Positions 1-8,943 are shown, counted from the stretch's first letter. The stretch: DNA of 41,690 bases from Desulfuromonadales bacterium (GCA_014860175.1 JACZKF010000283.1:1-41690); one strand, 5' to 3'. Notes: generated from the sequence alone by a model not told the origin. Translations and numbers: made by a program.

Positions 1-407
1 CCCTCGGTTTTCTGGTCGGCATCGGCGCCCCCCTGGGCGGGCTGGCCAGTTCCGTCGCCTCCTCTCCCTACCACACCCTGGTCCTCGGCAGCCGGGACGA
101 AGACATGGCGCTCGCCTACAACCGCATGGTCGGACTCGGCGGGGGGCTGGTGGCGGTGCAGCAGGGAAGGATCGTGGCGGAACTGCCGCTGCCGGTCGGC
201 GGCTTCATCTCCGATGCGCCGCTGCCGGCGGTCGCCGAGGGGATCGCCCGGATCAACGGATGGGCCCGGGACCTCGGCAGCCCGGTGGACGACCTCTTCC
301 TCGTCCAGCGCTACTTCACCTACACCGGGGTGCCGTTCTTCCGGTTGACACCGTGGGGGATCTACGACGTCAAGGAACACGTCTTCCTCCCCTCCGCTAT
401 CGACTGA
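1..407 (+). CDS. adenine deaminase-like protein, C-terminal part (5' end lies outside the window)
   Basis: The frame stays open from nt 3. The translation ...GFLVGIGAPLGGLASSVASSPYHTLVLGSRDEDMALAYNRMVGLGGGLVAVQQGRIVAELPLPVGGFISD...FFRLTPWGIYDV resembles the C-terminal domain of adenine deaminases. The usual SSVAHDSHN-type segment reads SSVASSPYH here. Confidence 0.65.
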   Translation, partial: LGFLVGIGAPLGGLASSVASSPYHTLVLGSRDEDMALAYNRMVGLGGGLVAVQQGRIVAELPLPVGGFISDAPLPAVAEGIARINGWARDLGSPVDDLFLVQRYFTYTGVPFFRLTPWGIYDVKEHVFLPSAID

Positions 408-437
408 GCGCCGGTTGGCTCACCGGCCGGCGCTCAG
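404..437. terminator. inverted repeat CTGAGCGCCGG / CCGGCGCTCAG between convergent genes; candidate bidirectional terminator
   Basis: Perfect 11-bp arms at 404-414 and 427-437 overlap both stop codons (TGA 405-407 on +, TGA 434-436 on -). There is no clear U-tract. Confidence 0.35.
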
Positions 438-1957
438 CGACGCCGGAAATCGAAAAAGCTGTTCCCTTTCTGCACCTGCAGGCGGCTGATGTCCTGGTCC
501 TTGCTCAGTTCCTTGAGGAGCAGCGTCAGCGGGTGTGCCCCCGTAGAGTAGGTTTTCGGCGGGCCGATCTTCTTGATCTCGCTGTCGCCGCGCATGATGT
601 GGTAGAGCATGAACTCCTCGTCCGTGGCGTTGGTCAAGCCGTAGCTCGCCCGCAGCTTGTCGACGTTTCCTTCTTCCGCCTCGATCTCCTGCTTGCGCTG
701 ATATCTGGCCGCCAGAGACTTGGTATTGGGGTGATTGAGGAACCGGTCCTTGACCTCGGGCTTCATCCATGGCACCCCGGCATCCTCCCAGCCCCAGACG
801 CCTAGCGCCGTTTCGATCATGCAGTCGAGCACTTCCTTGTACCGCTCGCCGGTCGCCACGTTGACCGCCGCCTGCGACACGATGAACTGGGAGGCGGGGG
901 TGATCATGATCGGGTGGCCGAGATCCTCGATGATCCGCACCACCTCCGCCAGGACCTCATCGAGCTTGTGGGCGATCCCCAGCTGCCCCAACTGGTTGCG
1001 CAGGTTCGAGATCACCCCCCCGGGGATCTGGTGCAGATAGACCCCGTGATCGTATTCCAGAGGGACGCCGATCGGCAGGTTTTCCAGCTTGGCGATGCGG
1101 GTCAGCCGCTCCTCGACGACTCTGAGGGCGTCCACGTCGGTGATATTGTGGGGAATCCCGAGTACTTTGGCGTTGTGCATGGCATTGAAGATCGACACAT
1201 GCGAGGACCCGGAGGCGAGGGGGGGGACGCAGGTGTGAATACGCTCGACTCCCAACTGCATCGCCTCCACCACCACCCGCCCCTGATTGGTGCTCATGCC
1301 GTGCGTGTGCAGTTCGACCGGCACCCCCCTCGCTTCCTTCCGAATCGCCGGCAGCAGCGTCCTGATCCGCTCCACCGTCAGCAGGCCGCCGGCGTCCTTG
1401 AGCATGAGCGCGTCCGGCCGGTAGGCCATGATCCGCCGGGTCAGGTCGGCGTAATGGGCATCGGTGGTCCGCGGCGAAGGGTAGTAGCAGATGGCCGGCA
1501 TGATTTCCATTGCCATCTCCCTGGCCATCGGGATCAGCCAGGGGAAGTACCGGTCCAGCTCGTTCCTGGTATTGGCCAGGGTAGTAAAGCGGCGGGCGCC
1601 CGAATTTCTTGCCGCCATACCGTAATACATCTTGACCATCGAACGGGTTTCGGACTCCCCGAGCAGATCAAGGCAGTTCAGGAACATGATGGTTTTCTTG
1701 GTCCGGGTGATTTTTTCCTTGAAGACCCGGGTGATCTCCCACGGATTCTCCCTGAGAAAGCGTGCCTGAAACTTGAAATTGACGGCATTCACCGGAACTT
1801 CGATCGAGTCATAGCCGGCCTGGTCCAGCTCTGCCGCCACGGCATCGTGCATGCCATGCGTCATGCGCATGGCCCAGAGACTCTGAGCCCCGTCGCGGAG
1901 CGTGACGTCTGAGAACATGATCTTTCTGCCGCTGCCGGTTCCGCGTTCCTCGACCAT
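434..1957 (-). CDS. carboxyltransferase subunit, 5S/OadA/PycB-type TIM barrel, no biotinyl domain (paralogue CT1)
   Basis: Motifs FSDVTLRDGAQS, LKDAGGLL and LHTHGMST match the metal/carbamyl-Lys signature of pyruvate-carboxylase-type CT domains. The start is set at ATG 1957 (MVEERGTGSGRKIMFSD...) because it has an AGGGGA SD and aligns with the N-termini of the three paralogues. The track ORF extends to 2014. Confidence 0.85.
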   Translation of the reverse strand: MVEERGTGSGRKIMFSDVTLRDGAQSLWAMRMTHGMHDAVAAELDQAGYDSIEVPVNAVNFKFQARFLRENPWEITRVFKEKITRTKKTIMFLNCLDLLGESETRSMVKMYYGMAARNSGARRFTTLANTRNELDRYFPWLIPMAREMAMEIMPAICYYPSPRTTDAHYADLTRRIMAYRPDALMLKDAGGLLTVERIRTLLPAIRKEARGVPVELHTHGMSTNQGRVVVEAMQLGVERIHTCVPPLASGSSHVSIFNAMHNAKVLGIPHNITDVDALRVVEERLTRIAKLENLPIGVPLEYDHGVYLHQIPGGVISNLRNQLGQLGIAHKLDEVLAEVVRIIEDLGHPIMITPASQFIVSQAAVNVATGERYKEVLDCMIETALGVWGWEDAGVPWMKPEVKDRFLNHPNTKSLAARYQRKQEIEAEEGNVDKLRASYGLTNATDEEFMLYHIMRGDSEIKKIGPPKTYSTGAHPLTLLLKELSKDQDISRLQVQKGNSFFDFRRR

Positions 1958-2002
1958 CTCAGATTCCCCTTTCGGTCGCCTGCAGGGAGAGCTCTCCCCG
2001 AG

Positions 2003-2048
2003 AAAAAAAAACATCCTCCCGAGCCCCCGGTGGGCCCTCGGGAGGATG
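2003..2048 (-). terminator. strong Rho-independent terminator between the DapB-like gene and CT1
   Basis: On the minus strand: CATCCTCCCGAG-N13-CTCGGGAGGATG (12-bp perfect stem, 2012-2023 / 2037-2048) followed by 9 U (A-run 2003-2011 on +). Confidence 0.75.
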
Positions 2049-2114
2049 CTCCGTCCTCTTCAGCCGGGCAGTGGCGCAACCCGGCACATCTTCATGATGC
2101 GGCCACGCTCCCTG

Positions 2115-3218
2115 CTACTTGGCAACCAGGTTACGATAGTCTTTGGTGTAGTGGGCAAAGGTCTTCGGGTAAACGATGCCGGGAGCGGCTTCGCAGACGA
2201 TCGGAATGGCCTGCACCATCGGCATCGCCGTCGCGTAGTAGCCCGGGGTGGTGTTGTCCCCCTCGCGGTAATGCTGATCTTTTTCCACCGACGCCATCAG
2301 GTCCATCTTCACGTTGACCGAAACGGGTCTCCCCTCGATCTGGATCCGGTAGTGATCCCCCTTGGTTTCGACCGGGCAGTACTCCTGGCCGAGAAAGAAG
2401 ATCTCATCCAGGTAGAAGAAGGGCTTGCCGTCGACGATACCGGTCCAGGTGTGCTGCCAGCAGGCGACCTCCCCCTTGCGGATCGTGACCCCGGAGGCCG
2501 GCAGGTAGAAATCCTCCCGGGCCGGGGTGAAGGTCGATTTCACCTCGATCCGCTCGACGTCATGCCCGAGGATATGGCAGGTTTGCGCGACCGTCGAATG
2601 GTAGTAGTTTTCTGACCCTTTCTCGATGCGGCCGATAATGCTGTGGGCTTTCTCCAGGGTCATGCCGAAGGTGCAGGCCCTCAGCATGCGAACCGCCTCG
2701 ACGTTTTTCAGGTCGAAGTACTCCTGGCAGCGGATGTAGTCGATCTCGTTCACCATGCCGGTCAGGGTCACGGCCAGCCGCTCGGCGAAAAAACCCGGGT
2801 TGATGCCGGTTCCATGCAGGCTCACCCCCCCCTTGCGGCAGGCGGTCTCCAGCAGGTCGACGAATCCCGCCCCGTGGATCTGCGGAAAATGATAGGAGGG
2901 GGCGGCGATGACGTTTTTCCCCGACTCCAGGATGCGGACCACTTCCTCATTGCGTGGGGTGTGATCCATGATGTTGGTGCCGCAATGGAGAACGCAGTCG
3001 GCCTCCATCTTGAGGATCTTCTCCTGATCGGTGGTGACCGGGACGCCGACCGGGCCGATTCCTGCCACCTCCCCGGCATCCTTGCCGTTCTTGCTCTCGC
3101 TGTAGGCGAGCACGCCGACCAGTTGGTATTCCGGGCGCTTGAGAACTTCCCGGATACAGGCGGCTCCTAAATAGCCGGGCGCCCAAACGATGACCTTGTA
3201 GGGAGTCTCTCTCCGCAT
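2115..3218 (-). CDS. NAD(P)-dependent oxidoreductase, DapB-N / 2,4-diaminopentanoate dehydrogenase (native amine dehydrogenase)-like family
   Basis: 367 aa. The N-terminal Rossmann-like segment KVIVWAPGYLGAACIREVLKRPEYQLVGVLAY and the overall length and pattern are typical of the dihydrodipicolinate-reductase-like family. GGAGGA SD lies upstream of ATG 3218. Confidence 0.6.
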   Translation of the reverse strand: MRRETPYKVIVWAPGYLGAACIREVLKRPEYQLVGVLAYSESKNGKDAGEVAGIGPVGVPVTTDQEKILKMEADCVLHCGTNIMDHTPRNEEVVRILESGKNVIAAPSYHFPQIHGAGFVDLLETACRKGGVSLHGTGINPGFFAERLAVTLTGMVNEIDYIRCQEYFDLKNVEAVRMLRACTFGMTLEKAHSIIGRIEKGSENYYHSTVAQTCHILGHDVERIEVKSTFTPAREDFYLPASGVTIRKGEVACWQHTWTGIVDGKPFFYLDEIFFLGQEYCPVETKGDHYRIQIEGRPVSVNVKMDLMASVEKDQHYREGDNTTPGYYATAMPMVQAIPIVCEAAPGIVYPKTFAHYTKDYRNLVAK

Positions 3219-3281
3219 GATTTCCTCCGTAACCTCTCTGTAGTAAATCGACCGGTACCGATCAGGCGCTCGGCCTTCGCA

Positions 3282-4055
3282 TCAGGCCAGCATGCCGCCA
3301 TCCACCCACAAGACCGATCCGGTGACATAGCGTGAGGCGTCGGCGGCAAGGAAGAGCGCCGCCCCCTTGAAATCGTCCTTCTCGCCAAGGCGCCCGAGCG
3401 GCACCGCGGCCTCCATGATCGCCCGCTGCGGCCCGACCATCAAGGTCTTGCTGATCTCGGTCGGGAAGATCCCGGGGGCGATGGCATTGACGCGGATGTT
3501 GTACTTGGCCCAGTTCCTCGACAGATGCCGGGTCAGGGCGATGATCGACCCCTTGGTCGAGGCATAGGCGGGGAAGGTCACCACTTCGGGATCGGTGGCC
3601 CGCACCCCGCCGATGGAGACGATGTTGATGATGTTCCCGCCGCCGGCGGCCATCATGTGGGGAACGACCTCGGTGGTGCAGAAGTAGTTGCCCCGGACGT
3701 TGGTGTTGTAGAGCTGATCCCATTTCTTGAGGGGGGTGTCCTGCAGCTCGCCCCCCCAGGAGATGCCGGCATTGTTGACCAGGATGTCAATCTTGCCGAA
3801 GCGCTTCATGGCGTGGGCCACCACCGCCTTGACTTCGTCCTGCTCGCTGATATCGCAGCGCAGGGCCTCGCATTCCCCCCCGATCGCCCGAATGCTCTCG
3901 GCCGCTTCCTCGCATTGGTCGATTTTGCGGGAGCAGAGCACCAGACTCGCCCCGGCCTCGGCAAACCCCTCGGCCATCATCAGGCCGAGCCCCCTCGAGC
4001 TGCCGGTGATGATGGCGACCTTCCCCTGCAAACTGAACAGCTGATTGACATGCAT
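3282..4055 (-). CDS. short-chain dehydrogenase/reductase (SDR)
   Basis: TGSSRGLG cofactor motif, NNAG, and catalytic YASTK. The start is moved to ATG 4055 (MHVNQLFSLQGKVAIITG) with a GGAGG SD. The upstream part of the track ORF lacks homology. Confidence 0.9.
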   Translation of the reverse strand: MHVNQLFSLQGKVAIITGSSRGLGLMMAEGFAEAGASLVLCSRKIDQCEEAAESIRAIGGECEALRCDISEQDEVKAVVAHAMKRFGKIDILVNNAGISWGGELQDTPLKKWDQLYNTNVRGNYFCTTEVVPHMMAAGGGNIINIVSIGGVRATDPEVVTFPAYASTKGSIIALTRHLSRNWAKYNIRVNAIAPGIFPTEISKTLMVGPQRAIMEAAVPLGRLGEKDDFKGAALFLAADASRYVTGSVLWVDGGMLA

Positions 4056-4220
4056 CGGTAAACCTCCGGAAAAGTTATCCATTGGCGCTTGCCAGCAGGA
4101 CGCTGAAAAATGTCCAGATGCAGGGCAAACGACATCCTGCGGCCATAAGGCGTACCCGGAGGGTACGTCGTTGACGAAAGGTGAGGACAACGCCGCAGAC
4201 GGGCGTTTTTCATCAGCCTC

Positions 4221-4997
4221 CTAGTACGGCACCACCCCTTCGGTGATCGACGCCGTGTTGTCGATGACGAACTCGGCGCCGCTGACGAATTTCGATTCAT
4301 CCGAAGCGAGATAGACGACCATATGGGCAACATCCTCCGGTTCGCCGAGCTTGGAGAAGAGCTTGGCCGCCGACTCCTCGGTGCCGCTGGTGACGGTCGC
4401 CGCCCCTTTGATGAATCCCTGCACCATCGGCGTGGCGATCCCCCCCGGGTGGACGGAGTTGCAGCGGATGTTGTAGCGGTTCTGGGCGCAGTGCACGGCG
4501 ATCGATTTGCTCATCGCCCGGATCGCCCCCTTGGAGGCGGCGTAGGCAAAAACAAGCGGATAGCCGCCGATACCGGCCAGGGAGGACATGTTGATGATGG
4601 AGCCGCCACCCGATTTGCGCATGGCGGCGATCCCGTGTTTGCAACCGAAGAAGGTGCCGTCGGTCCCCACCTCGTTGACGAAGCGCCAGTCCTCCAGCGA
4701 AGTATGTTCCACGTCGGCGACGACGACCACCCCGGCGTTGTTCACCAGCACGTCGAGCCGGCCGAAGCGGGCGAGGATCCGATTGATAATGGCGATCCAC
4801 TGCCCCTCGTCCCGGACGTCGTGTTTCATGAAAACCGCATTCTCCCCCAGGGAGTCGGCAACCTCCTTGCCCCTCGTCTCGTTGATGTCGGTCAGCACCA
4901 CCCTGGCTCCCTCGCGCACCAGCAGTCGGGCGCTCGCCTCGCCGAGACCGGATGCCGCACCTGTGACGATCGCGACCTTTCCTGCTACCCTGCCCAT
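4221..4997 (-). CDS. short-chain dehydrogenase/reductase (SDR), hydroxysteroid-dehydrogenase-like
   Basis: TGAASGLG, NNAG and YAASKGAIR motifs. AAAGGAGAAG SD lies upstream of ATG 4997. Confidence 0.9.
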   Translation of the reverse strand: MGRVAGKVAIVTGAASGLGEASARLLVREGARVVLTDINETRGKEVADSLGENAVFMKHDVRDEGQWIAIINRILARFGRLDVLVNNAGVVVVADVEHTSLEDWRFVNEVGTDGTFFGCKHGIAAMRKSGGGSIINMSSLAGIGGYPLVFAYAASKGAIRAMSKSIAVHCAQNRYNIRCNSVHPGGIATPMVQGFIKGAATVTSGTEESAAKLFSKLGEPEDVAHMVVYLASDESKFVSGAEFVIDNTASITEGVVPY

Positions 4998-5032
4998 TCA
5001 ACTTCTCCTTTCATTCCCAAATGCGCTTCCAT

Positions 5033-6634
5033 TTACCGGCAGACGTCATGCGCGGCGCGGTAGGCAAACACGCACCCCTGCCCGAGGGTCGCGCCCGCCC
5101 CCGGGTAATAGTTGCCGAAACAGGAGGCGGCCGCATTGCCGGCCGCATAGAGGCCGCCGACGGTGCGTCCGTCTTCGAGCCGGGTACGGCCGTAGTGGTC
5201 GGTGAGCGGCCCCATCTTGGTACCGAGAGTCCCCGGATAGAGGCGCACCGCCTGGAAAGGGGCCTCGACTTTTTCCAGATTGGGATGTCCCTTGCGGAAA
5301 TTGTCCCCCATATAGTTGTCGTACGGGCTTTCACCGCGGCGGAAATCCTCGTCCTTGCCGTGGGCCGCCATGGTATTCCAGCGCTCCAGGGTCGCTTTCA
5401 GGTTGTCGGCCGGAACGCCGATCTTCTCGGCCAGCTCCGCCACCGATTTCGACTTGTTCATGTAACTTTTCGCCGGCTGCAGATAAGAGACGGTCCCGCG
5501 AACGTAGTTCCTGACGTAGTAATCCCCCCAGATCAGCCAGACACGGTCGAGAGCTGGGTCTTTGCCCTGGGCCAGGAGGCCGCCGACGGTGTTGTAACAG
5601 GCCGATTCATTGGTAAAGCGGCGGCCTTCGGCGTCGACCATGATGCCGCCCGGCCAGCAGCGATCGTACAGGGCGCTGTGATAGGCCCACAGGTCGGGTC
5701 CGGGCTTCTCCTCCGTGCGGTCGTCGTACATCTTGAAGATCGGCGACCACCAGCAGTTCGGATTGCCGACCTTCAGGCCGGCCGCGAGGGCCAGGGCCAG
5801 GCCTCCCCCCCCGCTGTCGCATTCCTCGGGGGAGACCGACAGGACCGGCCGCTCGGCGGCAATCCGCGTCATCAGTTCCGGATGGTGGGAAAAGCCGCCG
5901 CAGGCCAGCATCACCGCCGGGGCGCTCACCCGCTGGCCGTTGATGATGGCGCCGGTTACCGTATTCCCCTGGACCTCCAGCTTCTCGGTGTTGCTGTTCA
6001 GAACGAGGTCGACCCCCGCCTCCAGGCACGCCTCGAGAAGGAAGGCCATGTACGCCTTGCCCATCGTCAGGTGCCCGGCGATCGCCCTCTTGGTCAGCAG
6101 CGTCTTGTTCCAGTGGCCGAAGCGGTGAACGCCCCAGGTCATCGCCTCATTCAAGGTGAAGGGGACGTAGTAGGCCGGTGTCTTGCGGATGAGCGAACGG
6201 TATTTTCGCGGGCCGGTGTAGACCCCGGGAAAGACCGACCTCCCCCTGGCCGCCCCGTCGATCTCCATGTAGTAGTCGGGATAGCTGATGGAGGCTTCCA
6301 TCCGGACGCCCCTGGCGAGATAGAAGTCGAGCAGCTTGGGCGCATCGGCAAGGAACCCGTCGAGCGAGGCCGGATCGATCTCCGGGTAGACGTTTTCGAG
6401 GTAGTGCCGTGCCCGCGCCGAATCGGCGGCCGGATTTTCCAGGAACCGGTGGCCGGGGAGCCAGACCCCGCCGCCGCTGTAGGCGGTGCAGCCGCCGACG
6501 CTCTCGGTCTTTTCCGCCACCTGGACCTGCAGGCGGGGGTTGAGATGTTTCACCGTCAGGGCGAAGGTGAGCCCCGCCGCCCCGGAACCGAGGACGAGAA
6601 CATCGCAGGTTTTTGCCAGCTTCTTGTTCAGCAT
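5033..6634 (-). CDS. FAD-dependent oxidoreductase, 3-oxosteroid 1-dehydrogenase (KstD)/fumarate-reductase-flavoprotein-like
   Basis: The N-terminal dinucleotide fold is CDVLVLGSGAAGLTFAL...AEKTESVGGCTAYSGGGVW, and the C-terminal GLYAAGNAA motif is present. The start is set at ATG 6634 (MLNKKLAKT) with a GGAGAAGG SD, 24 nt after the upstream stop. Confidence 0.85.
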   Translation of the reverse strand: MLNKKLAKTCDVLVLGSGAAGLTFALTVKHLNPRLQVQVAEKTESVGGCTAYSGGGVWLPGHRFLENPAADSARARHYLENVYPEIDPASLDGFLADAPKLLDFYLARGVRMEASISYPDYYMEIDGAARGRSVFPGVYTGPRKYRSLIRKTPAYYVPFTLNEAMTWGVHRFGHWNKTLLTKRAIAGHLTMGKAYMAFLLEACLEAGVDLVLNSNTEKLEVQGNTVTGAIINGQRVSAPAVMLACGGFSHHPELMTRIAAERPVLSVSPEECDSGGGGLALALAAGLKVGNPNCWWSPIFKMYDDRTEEKPGPDLWAYHSALYDRCWPGGIMVDAEGRRFTNESACYNTVGGLLAQGKDPALDRVWLIWGDYYVRNYVRGTVSYLQPAKSYMNKSKSVAELAEKIGVPADNLKATLERWNTMAAHGKDEDFRRGESPYDNYMGDNFRKGHPNLEKVEAPFQAVRLYPGTLGTKMGPLTDHYGRTRLEDGRTVGGLYAAGNAAASCFGNYYPGAGATLGQGCVFAYRAAHDVCR

Positions 6635-6657
6635 GAGCCTTCTCCTCGCGGCGATCC

Positions 6658-7440
6658 CTATTTGAAAACGACCGGCCGCTTCTCCGCGAACGCCTGGATG
6701 GCGTTGTTCGCATCCTCGGTCCCCAGGAGCAGGCACTGGGCGAGCTCCTCGTGCTTGAGAGCGGCGTCCAGGTCGAGTTCCAGGCCGGCGTAGATTGCCC
6801 ATTTGGCCATCCGGTAGGCCTGCCGCGGCCCCTTGGCCAGATTGGTGGCGTAGGCGATCGAAGCCGAGCGCATGTCGACGCTCGGGAAGACTTTGCTCAC
6901 CAGGCCGATCCGCAGCGCTTCCTGCGCATCAACCTTCTCGCCGGTCAGAATCAGTTCCATGGCGCGCCCAAGGCCGATGATTCTCGGCAGGAAATAGCTC
7001 CCCCCCATGTCGGTCATCAGGCCAGCCTTGATGAAGGATTCGGTGAAAAAAGCGTCCTCCGCCGCGAGGCGGATGTCGCAGGCCAGGGCGAGGTTGAAAC
7101 CGGCTCCGGAGGCGACGCCGTTCACCCCGGCAATCACCGGCTTCGGCATGTGATGGATCAGCGAGACGATCCGGTGCGATTCCCGGATGTATCCCTCGCG
7201 CACCAACGGGTCTCTGGTCTCGAAGCTCGGATGCCCCTTGAGATCCCCGCCGGCGCAGAATCCCTTGCCGTTGCCGGTCAGCAGCACGACTTTCACCGCC
7301 TCGTCGCCGGCCACCTCCTCAAGCGCCTGGTACAGTTCCAGAATCAGCGTCCGGTTGAGAGCGTTCATCCGCTCCGGCCGGTTCATGGTGATGATGCCTA
7401 CCGCCTCTGTTTTCTCCAGGATCAGTTCTTGAAAGGCCAC
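6658..7440 (-). CDS. enoyl-CoA hydratase/isomerase (crotonase) family protein
   Basis: ITMNRPERMNAL and the GVASGAGFNLALACD...FTESFIKAGL crotonase core. The first catalytic Glu position reads Asn. GTG 7440 (VAFQELILEK..., AAGGAA SD) is preferred. ATG 7500 is the alternative start and would swallow the palindrome at 7477-7488. Confidence 0.85.
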   Translation of the reverse strand: MAFQELILEKTEAVGIITMNRPERMNALNRTLILELYQALEEVAGDEAVKVVLLTGNGKGFCAGGDLKGHPSFETRDPLVREGYIRESHRIVSLIHHMPKPVIAGVNGVASGAGFNLALACDIRLAAEDAFFTESFIKAGLMTDMGGSYFLPRIIGLGRAMELILTGEKVDAQEALRIGLVSKVFPSVDMRSASIAYATNLAKGPRQAYRMAKWAIYAGLELDLDAALKHEELAQCLLLGTEDANNAIQAFAEKRPVVFK

Positions 7441-7476
7441 GGGTGTTTTCCTTTCGGGTGAAGTGCCGGTGCTATT

Positions 7477-7488
7477 TCGACCGGTCGA
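7477..7488. promoter_or_regulatory. perfect 12-bp palindrome TCGACCGGTCGA; candidate operator
   Basis: Located in the YkgJ-crotonase intergenic region. Related copies occur at 10564, 16974, 20226 and 26062. Confidence 0.4.
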
Positions 7489-7587
7489 TTTAGACGACAA
7501 ATGAACGGATCCCTTCGCTTCCGCAGCTGCCGGATACGACAGGCTTCCTTTTCGGTCAGCCTGCGGAACGGTTCCCGCCGTAAAAGT

Positions 7588-8301
7588 TTACCTGGCCAAC
7601 CCCGTCAGCACAGGCGAAGAACCCTCATGGAGCAGAGTGTAAACCATGACCGGCAAGGTGAGCTCATAGAGCACCAGACGAGGATCGACCAGCCGCATGA
7701 TCGCCATCAGGTCTTCATCTTGCGGCACCAGATTGTGCACGACCGGCTCCTGCGGCGATCCGGGCGCACACCATCCCGGAGGGCTGGCGGCGCAATGCCC
7801 CGAACAGACCAGGGGGCGGACTTCGTAGATCGAGCACCTGCTGCCGACCAGGAACGGACACGGGATGTTCCTTTCAAAGTAGCGGCTGGCCAGCGGCCGG
7901 GTCACGTTCACCACTTCGGGCATCGGCTTGGCGGCGGCCAGGGCCTCGTTCCGTATCCGATCGATGTCGGCGCCGATCGCCGCGCCTTTAGCCTGCCACT
8001 TCTCATAGTGCTGCAGAAAAAGGAGCAGCAGATCCTTTCTCTGGTACAGGTGCTCGACAATGGCGATGCCATGCGCCGCCGACACGGTCACATAATGATG
8101 GCAGCAGTAGGTGCACCCCTCCCGGCAGGTGATCCTTTCCCCCTGCAGCGCCAGCGTGGCGGCCAGAGTCTCCTGGGTGTTGCTGCGGATGCGGGAGAGA
8201 ACCTGGAGGTAGTGCCGGCAAAACTCCTTGCGCCAGGCTCCGTGCGACCCTTTGTTCTCCCTACTCTCGATGGTCCTGATTTTCGCTGGTACCTGCTTCA
8301 C
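7588..8301 (-). CDS. YkgJ-family cysteine-cluster protein (CxxCxxCC putative Zn/Fe-chelating domain)
   Basis: CREGCTYCC plus a distal CPFL...RCSIYEVRPLVCSGHC motif. GTG start 8301 is preceded by AGGAGTGAGGA. Confidence 0.7.
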   Translation of the reverse strand: MKQVPAKIRTIESRENKGSHGAWRKEFCRHYLQVLSRIRSNTQETLAATLALQGERITCREGCTYCCHHYVTVSAAHGIAIVEHLYQRKDLLLLFLQHYEKWQAKGAAIGADIDRIRNEALAAAKPMPEVVNVTRPLASRYFERNIPCPFLVGSRCSIYEVRPLVCSGHCAASPPGWCAPGSPQEPVVHNLVPQDEDLMAIMRLVDPRLVLYELTLPVMVYTLLHEGSSPVLTGLAR

Positions 8302-8390
8302 CGGTCCTCACTCCTGGTCGTGGCGGATTCAGCGAAGAGTACCACGGATCGGCACCCCGCTGCCACGCCAGGCGAGCCTCCGCTCGTCAC

Positions 8391-8915
8391 TCAGTCAGGC
8401 CGGATCAGGAACATGACGGTGCCGGCGTGCACCAGGTCGCTGCTCTCCACGCAGACCTTCTCCACCCGCCCGCGCACATCGGCCGTCACCTGGCGGAAGC
8501 ACTTCATCACTTCCAGCAGGCAGACGACGGTGTCTTCCTGGACCAAGTCGCCGACTTCGACGAAGGACGGCTCCTCCGGGCTCGGCCGGCGGTAGAAGAC
8601 GCTGGTGACGTTCGCCTTGATCGGGATGAGCCCCTCTTCGGCCACCGCCGAAACCTTGTCCGCCGCCGGGGCGGCGACCGCTTTCGGCTCGGCAGCCCTC
8701 GGCGCTGCCACGGCCGCTGCGCTCGGGGCGGCAGGGGCGGCCGGGCTGGTCTGGCAGGCGACCCCGGAGGAGTTCACCAGGGTGCGGCTATTGTCACCGA
8801 CTTCCCCCTTGAACAGGGACAACTTCAGCTCGCCGGTATCGATATGCAGTTCAGCGTCCTTGCATTCTTTGACGATTTTCAACGCGTCAAGGACATCCTC
8901 GATGGTGAAGCCCAT
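8391..8915 (-). CDS. biotin carboxyl carrier protein, AccB-type (BCCP1)
   Basis: C-terminal biotinyl domain with LLEVMKCF (E-V-M-K biotinylation motif) and an Ala/Pro-rich linker. The start is taken at the second ATG (8915, MGFTIEDV), which has proper spacing to AAGGGAGA and matches BCCP2. The first ATG is at 8921. Confidence 0.9.
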   Translation of the reverse strand: MGFTIEDVLDALKIVKECKDAELHIDTGELKLSLFKGEVGDNSRTLVNSSGVACQTSPAAPAAPSAAAVAAPRAAEPKAVAAPAADKVSAVAEEGLIPIKANVTSVFYRRPSPEEPSFVEVGDLVQEDTVVCLLEVMKCFRQVTADVRGRVEKVCVESSDLVHAGTVMFLIRPD

Positions 8916-8943
8916 TCTCATTCTCCCTTTGCGCCTGGACGGA

